Assembly: GCF_009914755.1 (NCBI RefSeq)
Contig: NC_060935.1
Strand: one strand, 5' to 3'
Origin: the human T2T-CHM13v2.0 reference genome, Homo sapiens
Length of the DNA: 64,000 nucleotides
Below the pieces are notes generated by a model. The model saw only the letters and a program-made list of their open reading frames with translations, did not search any database and was not told where the DNA came from. Numbering within the stretch: the first letter of the stretch is position 1; each line of letters begins with the position of its first letter. Shown here piece after piece: positions 15,041 through 28,209 of the stretch. Position numbers and translations under genes: made by a program.

Positions 15041-16588
15041 CTTACAAATGAAGTGACACTGAATTGGGTCAAGGATTTAAAACTAATCACTCATTTTGTA
15101 TTAAAAGTTCTACAACTAGTGTTCCATTCTCAAGTCTGTCACGCATTTCTTTATGTGGAAAGATTTTCTACCGTTTTGCAATGCGAATCCATATTAACCA
15201 GTTAATTATCTCATGTCTCCATTTATTATTATGGCAATATTTTTACTTTGGTTGCATTCATTATTTACCAAAGGTAATGCTTTTACTAAATACAAAAAAT
15301 AACTAACAAATAATGAAGCATAGGGGCTTAAATTTGTCAGGAGCACTCAGTTGGGATAATCAGATTTTTTAAATTTAGTATTGTTCATTTCAGTTGAGTC
15401 TCCAACTTTCAGAAGTTAAGTGTCCTGCTTTTAGGGGCATGTCTTATGTTTTTTCTATTTTTTTAGCTACTTGGCAAGTGAAAAATGGTTGCAGCCTAAT
15501 GGTTACCTCTTAAAAAGTTTAGACAACTTTAAATAGTGCGTTGTATTCTAAGAAGGATGAATTGGATGATTTTACTGACTTCATAAAAACAATGTACATA
15601 ATGAGATGTTAAAGAACTATTGAAGTTAGTAAAGAGAATTTTATTTTCTTATGGAAAGGGACTAGAATATGCTGGTTTAGCTACTGTGGTATTCAGGGAT
15701 ATCCATCAATGACATTTGATTAGAATATAAAAGTGAATCATAATGCGACCCTAAAATAAAATATCTAAAACTGTATAATTGTGATAAAAAAGTGTTGATT
15801 GATTTATTTTCATCTTTGAATGCTGGCTGATCCATAACGTCTTCAATTTGAAGTTCCTCTACGAAATTCAATAATAGTCAATATAAAAATAGTTCAAACA
15901 TTGCCACATTAACCAAGTCAGTGCTTCAAAGGTACTGTCCTATCCATTTCATTAGTAAACTTGACTGAACAAGAATAAGACTAACATTGATTACCAAAAT
16001 GTGACCCCAAAGAGAAGCCAGTTTCCAGGAAAATATAATCCAATAGAACACAAGAAGTAAAATACACTGAGAGCATTAATAGTTTTCTGTTCTGAAAAAT
16101 AAATGCTATTGCTTATACAAGACTTGCTATAGCCATCTGAAAGCTCCAATTCTCTTCTTTTACCTTGGGTTTTCTTTCTCATTATTGTGTATGGGAGAGT
16201 TTACTCTCAAAGTCTTTATCCTTGCAACGGAGATGATGATACTACCTTAGAGGGCTTTGTAAGAACTAGAGATGATATACGTAGGTGTCTTGCAAATGGT
16301 GGTTATGATTGTTCGTTCACATTCCCAGACACTAACTCTTCCTTGAGGGCAAGTTGTACTTTTGATACTTCAGTTGCACTCCAAGGAGTGTTGTCTAGAA
16401 ATAATTCTAGGAAGTTTGATATTACTATAATTTGCTCTTGTCATAACTTTGCCCCAGTTAGAAACAGGTATACTAGCCATTGGTTACTTGTGGTCAGTGC
16501 TAACTTGCATTGTCATTAACAATGAGATAAAAATATTAATATGAATTTGGAAATCAAGATGACAGTTACCAGAAAGTGAGGTTCTGAT

Positions 16589-16699
16589 AATGGTGAGCAA
16601 CCGTCTTGATTTGCCCTCGACTAAGGGGTTTCTGGAATGCAGGGCTTTCAGTACTAAAACCAGGAACATCTGTGCAAACTGAGATGAGTTGGTCACTTT
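16589..16699. mobile_element. MER81-like hAT-Blackjack MITE
   Basis: Inverted termini ggtgagcaac..gttggtcac; internal tttgccc..actaaggggttt..ctttcagtactaaaacc. Confidence 0.7.
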
Positions 16700-19600
16700 A
16701 TCTTGTGGGCATGACTTAAAAGTTTTGTTCATTGCTGTACATCCAGAGCTGCAAATAGTGCCTGGCATTAAGTAGGTTCCTCAATTCATATTCACTAAAT
16801 GAATCTATTCTAAAATAAACATAATCTAATCATTTTTTCTGCTTTTACCATTTACCTCTTTTTCTTCTCCAGTATTGTTTCCTGACCATCTCTTCCTTTC
16901 TATCCTGTTTATAGGTTCAAAACATCAATAATTCCACACACAGGCATATGCAGTATTTATGAAATATCTGATGCTTGAATTTGAAATACTCATCTACCAC
17001 TATTTCAAGGCTACACAAATGAGAAAATAGGTGAAAGCACTTTTGAGCTACAAAGCATATAATTTTTACTTTTGAATTATTATATCTTATGAATGCCTAA
17101 TGGTATCCCACTAGTTTCTAAGAGCTCATGGTTTATTTCTGATATTAATTGTTGATTTTTTACTCCTTAATATTAGTGCTTTCTATGATTACTAAAATGG
17201 CTTTCAAATAACAGTTACTAATAACTCAGGATTTATAATAAATTGAGTTTTACAAATGTTGAACATGTAGTGACATGTTATGTAGTGACAGATTATGATT
17301 TTGTACTTCTCTTAGAAAACTTGAAAATGTGCTGAAAAATGAAAACCAGGGATACAATCTACTTTCACTTAAGGTAAGAATATGTATTGAAAAACCAAAA
17401 TGTAATTGAGCACATAAACATTGTCATAAATTATTTTAGAGTGACTTGTTTGCAAGACTCTTGAAAATGTTTCAGATGAAAATACATATCTACGTGACTT
17501 TTTTTTAAGGTCAAAATTAACTGAAGTTCATTCTCTAACAATCCATTTATGCTGAGAAACATCTTTACAAGCATCAGTTAGTCTGCTTCAGGGCAACTGG
17601 AAAGAGAAACTGTATTACTTTTCTCATTTTGTAAAACATTATGATGATAATTTCAATAGAAGTAGCTACAGGACCTGGAAGTCCATTTCAACATCTAACT
17701 TTTAAGGCATTTTACAAATTGTATTAAGATTAATATTTTTTCATAATTCCATTAGTAAAACCTGAGATTTCCCTAGCATTACAAATTTTTTGATTAAAAT
17801 TTGATAGTTACAATAAAAAGTATATATCATAAATATATTTATTTTGTGCATGTTTTAATATATTTACTTGAGGTTTCATATATTCCTCTTAGAAGTCTAT
17901 AGACTTTACAAAACTAGCAAATGTGCTTAAATAGCAATTGGTGAGTTCTACTTTTTACTTCTTTCAATGTGGAAGTAAGGGCTGAAGAAGTAAGGGGATG
18001 AACTAATTGTTATTCAGTAGACTTATTAATATATAGGCACAATAGTTGCTAAGAGTGCCCATAATGGGTTTCCACCATGATAACTGAACTAGGGTTGAAC
18101 TAGGTGGATGCTCTGGCAAGTTTGCAAGGTTAGAGGACATCAATCAGAATATGTTCTACTGCCACCACACAGATCAGCCCCTCTCCTTCAAACAACTTTG
18201 AATCTTCCCTTTCACCAGGATAAAAAGCAATATATTCACTACTTCTGGCAATGAGATAAAGGCAGGATTGATGTCATTTGGACAAGTCAAATTCAGCAAT
18301 TCAGCATCAAATATATAATAAACTGCAGCATTAATAATCTGGAAAATGAAATTAAATTACTAGACCAAAGAATGAAAAATAAGACTTCATGGTCTGATTT
18401 TCATAGGCCTTCCTTTCTGTTTTTGGTGCAAGGGATAGATAGATGTGCTCATTTTCTGCATAGAACAAAATTTACAAAACAAAGAGTTTTCCAATATTAT
18501 GTGCTTTCATTAAAATAGCTTCATTTATTGTCTGCCTTGCAGCAAGTTCCTCTCTATTTTTCTTTTTTCTTAATCCTGGGCAAAACAAAAAATGAACAGC
18601 AGTTTTACATTTTCCTGCTAAACATATTATAAAATTTAATTATATAATTTTACATACAATTTATATAGTTTTCTCAAGGTTGAAATTTCGGAAGTTCTGT
18701 TGGCAGCAGTTTAAGAAACAGAAGGATGTGAACTGGTATGTGTTTTGAGAAGGCTTCATTCAGTATCTAAATTTGGATCCTAATTGACAGTGTGCTACAT
18801 TAATTCTAGAAGATTTCTTTTTTCTCTCATACAGCCAGATGTATCTTGTTCTGTATCCCGATGGAGCATGAGAAGACAGTGGTGTCCCAGCTGCTTCCTA
18901 TCTAATATATACAGAGCTTTTAGGAATTCACATTTCTTCTTGCAAAAGAAGAGAAAGAATCGCAGGGACCTTGATTTTTGGAAGGTAACTTTTTAGATTC
19001 ATTTTTATCAGAAGTAGCTGTTGTACAGAATACATTCTAATCAAATATAATGATGCATATGTAATTTCAGGATAAGTTTTATAAGATATTTGATTCTGTG
19101 CTACTATATTTAAGAGAAACAGACAGCTTCTTAGCAGAGTATGACTGCTTACCCAGCATTCACATGCTATGTCTGTGATAGTTAATGCTATCATTATTTT
19201 CAAGATTATTATTAAAACAAGCTGAAACAACAAATAAGTAGTTGAACACAATATTTTAAAATTATATTGCTTTAGAGTGCCACATTGTATTTGTAAGCAC
19301 TCATCTAACTCTTCTACTTTATCTAAATATCTTGAAGATTATCCCAAAAAGATAAGAGACTGAGTTTTGTTTTGTTTTTTTCACCTTGATCAATCTTTAC
19401 CTTAAAAACGTTGGATACTCTGGGGCCCTCTACTTAATATGTTTTCATGTTTCAGTGCAGGCTATTCTTGATATACCTTCTTCCTTTTCTTTCTGCCATG
19501 TAAATAGCCCTTACATTGTCAAGATTTTTTACCCCCAGCACATCTATATTTAGAATTTTATTTCATAGTAAACGGGTCTCAAACAATATCCTAATTTTTA

Positions 19601-19982
19601 ATTTTTTGATTATAAGGCCTAAAAGCAATTATGAACTAGCCACATTTTCTTTATCAAAAAAAAATTTATCACTCTTCCATATGCAAATAACCTATTTCAG
19701 TCTTTGAAAAAGATGATACATGATTTCAGAATATTTGAAATATGAGGGGAAATTATTAAAGCTATATCAGAGCCTATGTGTGTGAGCTACACCATATCCT
19801 TCTATTGTTTTGCATAGACATCTGTACACTTTCAAAAGAGTGTTCGAGACTAAGGTCATGGCCAGATATGGAAGAGTAAAATTCCTGAATAGAAAAGATA
19901 GAAAAAGATGTTAGAGAATATTCTTTCTGAAGCATCTTTGATGTTTAGGGAAGCAAACTGCATACTATTAGCAGGAAATACA

Positions 19983-20014
19983 AACACACACATGCACACA
20001 CACACACACACACA
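19983..20014 (+). repeat. Interrupted (CA)n microsatellite
   Basis: Read directly. Confidence 0.9.
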
Positions 20015-22253
20015 GATTATCATTGGGTTATGTTAACTTGATGAATTGTACGTGGTGTATTTTTGGTGTACGTATTTCAGAATACTGCTGCCCAGTTGCC
20101 TTTGGATAGACTACAATGAGCAGTAGACACAGAATTGTATTTTGGTACAACAATATAGCAAATATTTAAACAGTCATATAGGCTTCCTGCTAAACCAAGT
20201 AAATTCACGTGTGTAATGGTCTCTAATACATCAGTGCAGCTACGGTTCTGATGGGCCAAGGGTCAAATATGTTATGCAGGGAAAATAGAGGCTTACTGTT
20301 AATCAGAAACATCTAGAATTCATTTTAGTTTTCTTTAAATAATAGATTTATAGCACTCTACCCTTTATCCCCAAAACCTGCAATGAGGACCTTTGGTAAA
20401 AGAGTTTCTAAATTTATTATAGAAGTCAAGTCTGGTTTATTTAAAACTTGCATCAAATTTATTTCCCAAAATATATTCATTAGTACTATACTATAACCTC
20501 CCAGAAGACTGAATTGTATGCTTTAGATTCCAACCTAACTTTTTAAGTGCAAGTTCACCTTTCATCCTATTTAGTAGCATTTGTCTAACTGCTCAGCCAC
20601 CTCTCACAGCCAAGGGTAATTGCATACTTGGACTAAACCTATAAGAATTATAAGCTTAAAATGAAAGAAGCTTCAGAGTCAGCAAAGACAGAGTTTGGTG
20701 AACACAAGCCAAGTAGAGAAAGCAGGATCATTTTCCCTCTCGATTTATATCACTTTTCTTTGTACTAGCACTTGCTTGTTTTTACAGATATTTGTTGGTG
20801 TTTTTTATTGTTGCTTGTTTGTGTTTTTTGTGATCTGCAGTTTGGGTATATGTTAAGTATATTCAATACTGAATAACTTGACAAACAGTAGCCAAAATAT
20901 GTTTTCCCTTTTCTTGAGTCTTCTCCACAGTGAAACCAAGTGTGGATTGTGTTCCTAACCAAGGGAGGTAAGATATGAGGAAGAAAAAAGCCAGAGAATT
21001 GGTGATCAAAAAAATAGAAGCAAGACTCTTGCATGCTCTCATTCATTTCCCGTCCTTTTCTCCCATTTCTCTGACCTACTTTGCTAGGAATAATTGATTT
21101 TTTCACACCTGGAGACCACAAAACCATGGAGTAAGGTTCAGCCTGCACAATTAAGTGTGAGTATCCAAGCTTCTTAGCCATTAGGAGCTGAAGTTTTCTT
21201 CAGCTTGGTCAGTCCTTGTTTCACCACCAAGGTAGCAAGTTTCAAGGCCAATAATGAGATCTGTATATATTCACTTGTTTCACATAAAGATAGAAGTCAT
21301 ATACGTAATATATTAAAATAATAGGAGAATGCCAAAGTACAATAACCAGCAAGTTCCTTTTTTACTTGGAAGCTAGTGTATGGTCTCTTAGCCAAAATGC
21401 CCCCAGCTCCTTAAAAAATACCATTAATTAATTACCACTGATTTAGCATTGCCCTCTCCTGGTATGTATTCATCCTTCAGAGCAAATCTAAACCCACACT
21501 TCTTAAAGCTCTGTAGTTTGCATTTAGAAAAAGATAATCACCTCTTCCAGAAAGATGGAAGAAACCATCAGAAAACCAAGAGCTTTCTCTAATAACAGTA
21601 ATCTAATATTTTAAAAATTTAAGGTTCTGATTCACAGCCTTTCACCTAACAGTAAAATTAGAGCTGGCAACCAGTAATGAACTGAGATAATTTCTTTAAT
21701 CATTTTTATATAGATTGGGAGTAATGCAAGAGCAGGAACCAGATCTTGTCAATTGTGCACCCACAATACTAAAATCTGTATTTTGCACACAGTAGGTCTT
21801 CAATACTTATCATTGAATTGAACTGAATTTGCTAACACTCATCACCAAATATTCTTTTTCAGCTCTAGATGATTTAGAATACTTTCATGTTTCACAGTTA
21901 TAGTTCATCTGGCCAATGAAATTATGTTTAGGAAACAGTAAATAAATTATACTGAAACTTTCCTTCAAGTAGAATTAAATTTACTTCACAAAATCATTAT
22001 TTTTGAACCTGAGCATTCTACAAAGGGTAAGCCTAATTAATGAGAAGGAAAAAATACCACAGCATCCTTAAACATACATCTAAAACTCAAGTCAACTAGT
22101 CAAACAGGACCCTGTAGAGATTTGATTTTGTGACTAAAGAATACTGTCATATTTTCTTTCTTAGAAAGCAGAAAATCTAATTACCTTCAAGTTTCTCACA
22201 TTTGAGCCATACTACAAATGAGTTGTGTCCAGGTACAGAAAAACCGACAATAT

Positions 22254-22259
22254 TTTATT
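22254..22259 (-). terminator. Candidate distal poly(A) signal AATAAA
   Basis: tttatt on + strand; upstream UGUA (22286-22289) and downstream TGTCGGTTTTTCTGT on the minus strand. Confidence 0.45.
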
Positions 22260-22781
22260 TATAATCTTATTTTTAGCTTTTTAACTACAAATTCTGGTTC
22301 TAGAGTTGTTTAAAAGTCATGGGTTTTATAGATGCTCATATGTAAATTAATCTGTTGTTTGCTTACTTTCTTTTCTTTTCCATAGAATGGACTTCCTCAT
22401 AAATACAGAACAGGTCATCACATGAAAAATATAAGATCTTGCATTTTTTTCCTTGTTCTCTCTTAAAAATCTATTTCTAATATTGCATTCCCCATTGGAT
22501 TACTTCATATGGGTATGAGGGAAAAAGAAAAAAATTAAAAAAAGAGAGAGAGACAAAATAGACTGGATCTCACCACTAGAATTCACCATAAAAATCTCAA
22601 AGTGTAACAGAATTCTTACAAAATTTCCTAGACCAGTTCTTTAAGGAATTGAGATCTGCTATGAAAAATATGGCAATCAGGGAAGGGAGGAATGAGATGT
22701 GGGAAAATAGTGAATAAGTGCAGCAAAAACAGGTTCTGAGGAATACACATAATTTTGTCTGCTTTAGATCACAATAGAATT

Positions 22782-22787
22782 TTTAAT
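22782..22787 (-). terminator. Proximal poly(A) signal ATTAAA of LRRC4C
   Basis: tttaat on + strand; minus strand reads ATTAAA..AGACA then TTATGTGTATT (GU-rich downstream element). Confidence 0.7.
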
Positions 22788-22923
22788 AAATAAATTTCTT
22801 TTCTTTTTTGTTTTTTTGTAAAGACACTTTTTTGAAACAGTAGATTTAGCCCAGTCATTTGTGTCATTTTTAATAAACTGTCTTTTTTTTTGATTGTTTG
22901 TTTTTTGTAACTCTGTAAATGTT

Positions 22924-24846
22924 TTAGATTTGAGTCTCTTGTACATTGTCTTTAGAGTTCATTCGGATCAATAACGGTTCATGCACTGAACTGTGTATTG
23001 AATTTATTGTGTTAACTGTTGTTGTGTGGTTGAAGGGAGATTTGTATGAGTTATAGTGATTTAGGTGCTCATGCTCGATAGCAGGCATGGGCAGGTGGCT
23101 TTCCATGGGTGTGTCTCCCGTAATCTCATCATCCACATTAATAATTTCAACAGTCCTTGTTGGGGCGTGATGGTTTTGCCGATGGTGCTGCTTCCTCATC
23201 TTGTAGAAAATGACCAGCATCACTGCAGCCATGAGTGTGATGGCCACAAAACACCCAATGATGATTTTGGTAGTCTTCATGACCTCATCAATTCCTGGGA
23301 TCCCACTGTTTATATCAGTCACTGGGATGGTGAAGGTTTTCTCTGTCGACCTTGTGCTCTGTGGTGTGAGAGAGGTGGTCACATTGGTGGTCTCCCAGTC
23401 GACCACTGGAGTGGGACCCACATTGTTATCTGTGGTCCGTGCCTCATCCTGAGACGGTTCCATAGTCTCTACTGTGACGGTTGAAAAGTAAGAGAAAGGA
23501 GTAGTGGTTGCTGCAGTAACATTCAGGGTGGCTGAAGCAGTAGTATTCCCAACGGAATTACTCACCATACATGTGTACATGCCTGTATCTTGCACAGTTA
23601 CATTTGTGAAATTTAACGTACCATCACTGAGCACAGCTATCCGCACTTTGTACGCCCCATGTGTCATGACTGTTCCATTTGGAGTAATCCAAGATACAGA
23701 TGTCAGGGATGTGGAGGCCCGACATTTCAGCTCAGCTGCCATGCCTTCAGTGACATTGAGGTCTGCAGGGGGCTCCACAATCACCGGAGCATAGCATGTG
23801 AAGTAATTCTGGTCGAGCTCTCCAATGTACCTCCCCTTTAGATTGGGAGGAGTGTTACACCGGGCACAACAAGCTGTGTTCGAGGGGGCCATGTCTTTTA
23901 TCCACCAGCTGAGCCACAGTATGTCACAGTTACAGTTCCAAGGGTTGTGATGTAAATGTATCCGCTCTAGATGATGCAAGGGAGTGAAGAGGTCATGAGG
24001 CAGTAATGTTAGATTATTGTGTGCCAGGTTGATCTCCACTAGTGACTGAAGGTTGTCAAAGGCATTCCGTTCAATCACTTGAATCTGGGACTGTATCATC
24101 CACAGTTTTTGAAGGTGCATCAAACCCTGGAAAGAGCCAGGCCTGATGGCAGATAAATGATTCCCAGAAAGATCCAGCTCATCTAGTTTTATGAGCGGTG
24201 TGAGGTTAGGGATTTCCCGAAGGTTGCACATGGCAAGGTTCAAATACCTCAAGTTGGACAGACCTTCAAAGGCACCTTCTGAGATGTATGAAAGTCTTTT
24301 CAATTCCCCTAAGTCTAGTCGGCGCAAAGAAGGAATTCTGTTAAAAGCATAAGAAGGGATGCTTTCAATGGGGTTGTTTCGCAACCAGAGCTCCTTCAGT
24401 TTAGACAAGTATACAAAAGCTCCATTCGGGATGGTAGTAAGACGATTGTCAAAGAGTTCCAGAGTGTTGAGGTTCGCCAGACCATTGAAAGCCCCAATTT
24501 CAATGGTTCTGATATGGTTCCTACTCAACTGTAGGATTTCCAAGTGTCTCAAGTGCTTGAAGCTGTTCACTTTGATGATCTGGATTTGGTTCTCATGGAG
24601 GTTCAGCAGCCGTGTGTTGGTGGAGATGCCATCCGGAACCTCACGCAGGTTTTTCCGAACACAAATCACCTTGCTGAACTGGTTGCTGCAGGAGCACACA
24701 GAAGGGCAGGTCTGAGCCCGCACCAGACCAGCCACCACAAGAAGTTGAAGAGCCAGCAGCACCACAAGCAGGGGGTCAAATAGGGCCCTGTTAAACCTAG
24801 GACCTATCATTATCTGCTGTGGATGTAAGGTCATCTTGTTCAACAT
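22924..24846 (-). CDS. LRRC4C: Leucine-rich repeat-containing protein 4C / netrin-G1 ligand (NGL-1), 640 aa, whole CDS in one exon
   Basis: Intact 640-aa ORF: long signal peptide (..[13 protein letters not shown]), LRRNT, tandem LxxLxLxxN repeats, LRRCT (NPWNCNC), one Ig domain (C..W..DTGMYTC), Ser/Thr-rich stalk, TM helix ([21 protein letters not shown]), C-terminal PDZ-binding motif ETQI. Recognised as human NGL-1. Confidence 0.99.
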   Translation of the reverse strand: MLNKMTLHPQQIMIGPRFNRALFDPLLVVLLALQLLVVAGLVRAQTCPSVCSCSNQFSKVICVRKNLREVPDGISTNTRLLNLHENQIQIIKVNSFKHLRHLEILQLSRNHIRTIEIGAFNGLANLNTLELFDNRLTTIPNGAFVYLSKLKELWLRNNPIESIPSYAFNRIPSLRRLDLGELKRLSYISEGAFEGLSNLRYLNLAMCNLREIPNLTPLIKLDELDLSGNHLSAIRPGSFQGLMHLQKLWMIQSQIQVIERNAFDNLQSLVEINLAHNNLTLLPHDLFTPLHHLERIHLHHNPWNCNCDILWLSWWIKDMAPSNTACCARCNTPPNLKGRYIGELDQNYFTCYAPVIVEPPADLNVTEGMAAELKCRASTSLTSVSWITPNGTVMTHGAYKVRIAVLSDGTLNFTNVTVQDTGMYTCMVSNSVGNTTASATLNVTAATTTPFSYFSTVTVETMEPSQDEARTTDNNVGPTPVVDWETTNVTTSLTPQSTRSTEKTFTIPVTDINSGIPGIDEVMKTTKIIIGCFVAITLMAAVMLVIFYKMRKQHHRQNHHAPTRTVEIINVDDEITGDTPMESHLPMPAIEHEHLNHYNSYKSPFNHTTTVNTINSIHSSVHEPLLIRMNSKDNVQETQI

Positions 24847-25364
24847 TCATAATTTATCTGGTGTTGGTCCTTCTGGAATTCAAACAGTCTGCAAAATACA
24901 AGCAAAAAAAACCAATTATTAGATTAGATTTATTCTAAGTGTCTTTCTGGAGTAATGTCGGTGATATAGTGTATCAGCTAAAGCCATCATGTGTGAGACA
25001 AATTAAAAACAAATCTAATATCCTTTATTAAGCTATGTGGTTCATATTTAGAAGAAAATGTACCTTTAATCCAAATTAAAGCCCACATTCCATGAGATGT
25101 ATGACCACAGAGTAAGGGGTCAATGAGGTAGAGGACACTAATGTATTGTTTACCAACCAAATGTGGCCCAAATGCATGAGGACATATAATACATACCCTA
25201 CCATTAGCTTCAATGTCCACAGCAGATTGAAAAGCTTAAAAAATAGGACTTTGGGGCTATATCAAACAAACTAAAAGCTCCTTTGCAAAAGTAGTAATAG
25301 CTGACATATTATATTGAAGGTTATTTTATGTGCCAAGCACCATGGGCTATACACTTTACAAACA

Positions 25365-25547
25365 AGCCTGTCTGGAAATGGTTACATAATTTGTGGTTCC
25401 CAGTGCAAAATAAAAATGTAGGAAGCCTTATAAAAAAAGTGTTAATAATATCAAATCAGTAACAAAAGACCACTAAACCAAGTGTGGGCCCATATAAATG
25501 TGGGTTTCTTTGCAACTGCACAGGTTGTAGGCCTATGAAGCTGGTTG
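25365..25547. mobile_element. MER91A-like element inserted in a MIR (about 25295-25700)
   Basis: tacataatttgtggttcccagtgcaaaataaaaatgt..caactgcacaggttgtaggcctatgaagctgg. Confidence 0.6.
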
Positions 25548-26299
25548 TAATCCTTCGTAATCCTTACAACACTTCTCTGAAGTAGGAATTGCCATTCTTT
25601 TCATTTTCAAAATGAAGAAATATCATCATAGAAGTGACATTCAAGAAGTCACATGTTTAGTAAGTATAAATCAGGGCTCAGATGCTCATTAGACTGATCC
25701 CAGAGAATATGATCTCAGATGGTCCATAAAAATGTTGCTATGAGAATAAAGGTAAAAGCAAAATATTTTTCACAATTTCTTTAAAATACCTTCCCTTTGG
25801 GGGTGACCTCAGCTGTAAGCACTGGCAACTTAATTTATGGTACCTGTGAAGATGCACTGAAACAGTGACATGCACATGTATATATAAACTTCTAGAGATT
25901 CTCATATACCAACTCATTATAAAATAGCTGACTGCAGCCTATAAGCAGACATATCACATGTTAACTATTTTCCCATGAAGCATAATTTTTATTTACAGAA
26001 AAAAATAGTTATAACAGGACTATTATGTCTTGTGTCCCTACTCTTACTGGTTTTGAGTAGATTTTTGGGAAGGAAAATAACTCATCTCCTGCATCTCTTG
26101 TGGCCAAAGGAAGTCTTCCAAAGGAGCTTATGTTGTTTCCAAGTATACACCACACTCAGCTGGCTTATTGTGGACTGGGCACCTGTGTAATAACTTCTCC
26201 CAAGTCTCTCAACTCAATAAACAGTGTGTCTTCTATGAGTCTCTTGGAAAGAAAAAAAAAAGGGGAGGGGGGCCAGTGGGAGGGGTCACCACATTTCAA

Positions 26300-26521
26300 T
26301 TCAAAAAGGCACTAATTTCGTACCCATTATGTGTCACCTTGAGCAAGTTACTTATCCTTTCTGTGGCTTAATTTCTCTCCCACTTGCAAAATGGGAATGA
26401 AGATATTAATATTATATATCACATAGGGTTGTTGTGAGGATAAAATGAGTTAATACAGAAAAAGGACTTAGAACAATTCCTCCCACATTGTCAGAACTCA
26501 ATAAATGTTAGATATGATTAT
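26300..26521 (+). mobile_element. MIR SINE
   Basis: tgtgtcaccttgagcaagttacttatcctttctgtggctt..tgcaaaatggga..cacatagggttgttgtgaggataaaatgagttaata..ctcaataaatgttag. Confidence 0.8.
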
Positions 26522-26893
26522 ATGATAGATATGGTTATTATTTCATATTAAAAATATTTTTAATATTAAATATTAATTTCATTATAAATACTAATTTCAT
26601 TATAAATAGTAGTAATCATACTAATCATATATTTAGATTTATAATGAAATATTAATTTCATTATAAATTGTTAATATGAAAATATTTTAATATGAAACAA
26701 ATTACCATTAAATTTAATATTAAAATAATAATGTAATATTAAAAATATTTATAAGTATGAAATAACAAATATAATTATTACTTATATTAAAATATTAACA
26801 ATAAATTAATATAAAATATTTTATTATAAAATAATCATATCTAACATTTATTGAGTTCTGACAATGTGGGAGGTATTGTTCTAAGTCCTTTTT
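26459..26893. repeat. 63-bp inverted repeat (1 mismatch) around a 309-bp AT-rich spacer
   Basis: 26459-26521 is the reverse complement of 26831-26893 except for one base. Confidence 0.95.
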
Positions 26894-26899
26894 GTTGTT

Positions 26900-27520
26900 T
26901 CCCTCAGCCAGATATTTTGCTAAGTAGTGGGCATATAAGGATGAGGAATAGAATCCTTACCTCGTGGGAATTTAAAAGGTGAGACAGATAAGCAAACAGA
27001 TGAAGTACAATGATATATGTTCATTGCTATGACAGAAGTCCACATTGGCACAAGAGCACTAACATCAGAGCAACTTAATCTATGCCGGAAAACCAAGGAG
27101 GTTTCAAAGAAGATGGATATCTGATCTATATTTTGTAGAAGCTGCTGAGAAAAGGAAAGAAGGGCATTTTAAGCACAGAGGGATCAGCTGAACCAAGGCA
27201 AGCAGACATGAAAAATGCTAGTACATCCAGGGAACAGTAAAAAGTACCCTCTATCAAGAGAATGGAAGGCCTGAGGACGAGAATGAGAAAGGAAGCTGGA
27301 ATAAGATCGGGTAAAGACTCTTAGGGGTTGGTTACGTCAAACTTAAGAGTCCCAATTTTATAGTGCAGGCAACATGTTTTGTTTTTAGAAAAGAATGCTA
27401 TCATCAGCTTTGTTTTGAAAAATGATAATGAGAGGTTAATATGGGGCACAGACAAGCAATGGAAGAAACTAGTGGCAAGCAGAGCAATTAGGAAGACCTT
27501 CCTGTTGGCTCAAGTGAGTC
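26900..27520 (-). mobile_element. L2 LINE fragment
   Basis: gccagatattttgctaagtagtggg..gagacagataagcaaacag..agggcattttaagcacagagggatcagc. Confidence 0.55.
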
Positions 27521-28209
27521 TTGGAGAGAAGCCAGTGCCAGAGAGCGATCCAGTTTCAAGGCCAGCACTTCCTTGTCTACCACCAAAGGCTTGAGGAAGA
27601 AGGGCTGGCTCTTTTTTAGGACATGATCCTTTCACTAGTGGTGAGATCCCCAGTGAGAAATAGTTGCATTTACATAGCCTACAGAAGGTAGAGAAGAGGC
27701 TTTTTTCCCCTCAGTAATAGGAGATGCACTCTTAAGGAAAAGCAGCTGTCATTAGCAATCCTTAAACATATACCCACGTTTACAAAAACACTGTAAGGAA
27801 CGTTGGTCTTAAGAAGGGGATATTTAAAGTCCTCCATTGCTTTCTGGCTTCAGAGGCTTTTGTGTCCTTCTCTATGACAGCAAAAATACTTGACTAATAG
27901 ATTCTGAGTTACTATTTTTTTCCCCCAGCCTTCTAAGGCCAACTAACTTGATTCCTTCCTTGGAGCTGTTGCAGCTCTAGATTGACTTTTCACACGATCT
28001 GGTACTGTGATTATTTGTTTCTGGGTGGTTTCCTCCATCAGCCTGTGGACTCTGTGAGAACAGGGGCCATGTCTGATGGATTCCTCTTAGCCTATTGCCA
28101 ACACAGTGCCTGGCATACTGTAGGCACAAAATGAAAAGATATTGAAAAATGTATGACAAAGCAAATATCTAATCACAGCCCTTTGCATATATGTAGTCAC
28201 ATGTTCTTA

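Larger units (their letters stand above)
22757..24888 (-). other. LRRC4C: LRRC4C terminal exon (42 nt 5'-UTR + CDS + about 167 nt 3'-UTR to the proximal poly(A) site)
   Basis: Minus-strand acceptor ttttttttgcttgtattttgcag|ACTG (AG at 24890-24889) with CTAAT branch-point candidates at 24918-24927. 3' end inferred from ATTAAA at 22782-22787, CA at about 22757 and a GU-rich element just downstream. Confidence 0.88.

Noticed and set aside
23065-24783. Several plus-strand ORFs (60-139 aa) antisense to the LRRC4C CDS
   Set aside because: Shadow ORFs expected opposite a real CDS; no domain or independent signals.
26214-26262. AATAAA followed about 25 nt later by an A-run, like a retrocopy 3' end
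   Set aside because: No TSD or recognisable parent sequence; common by chance.
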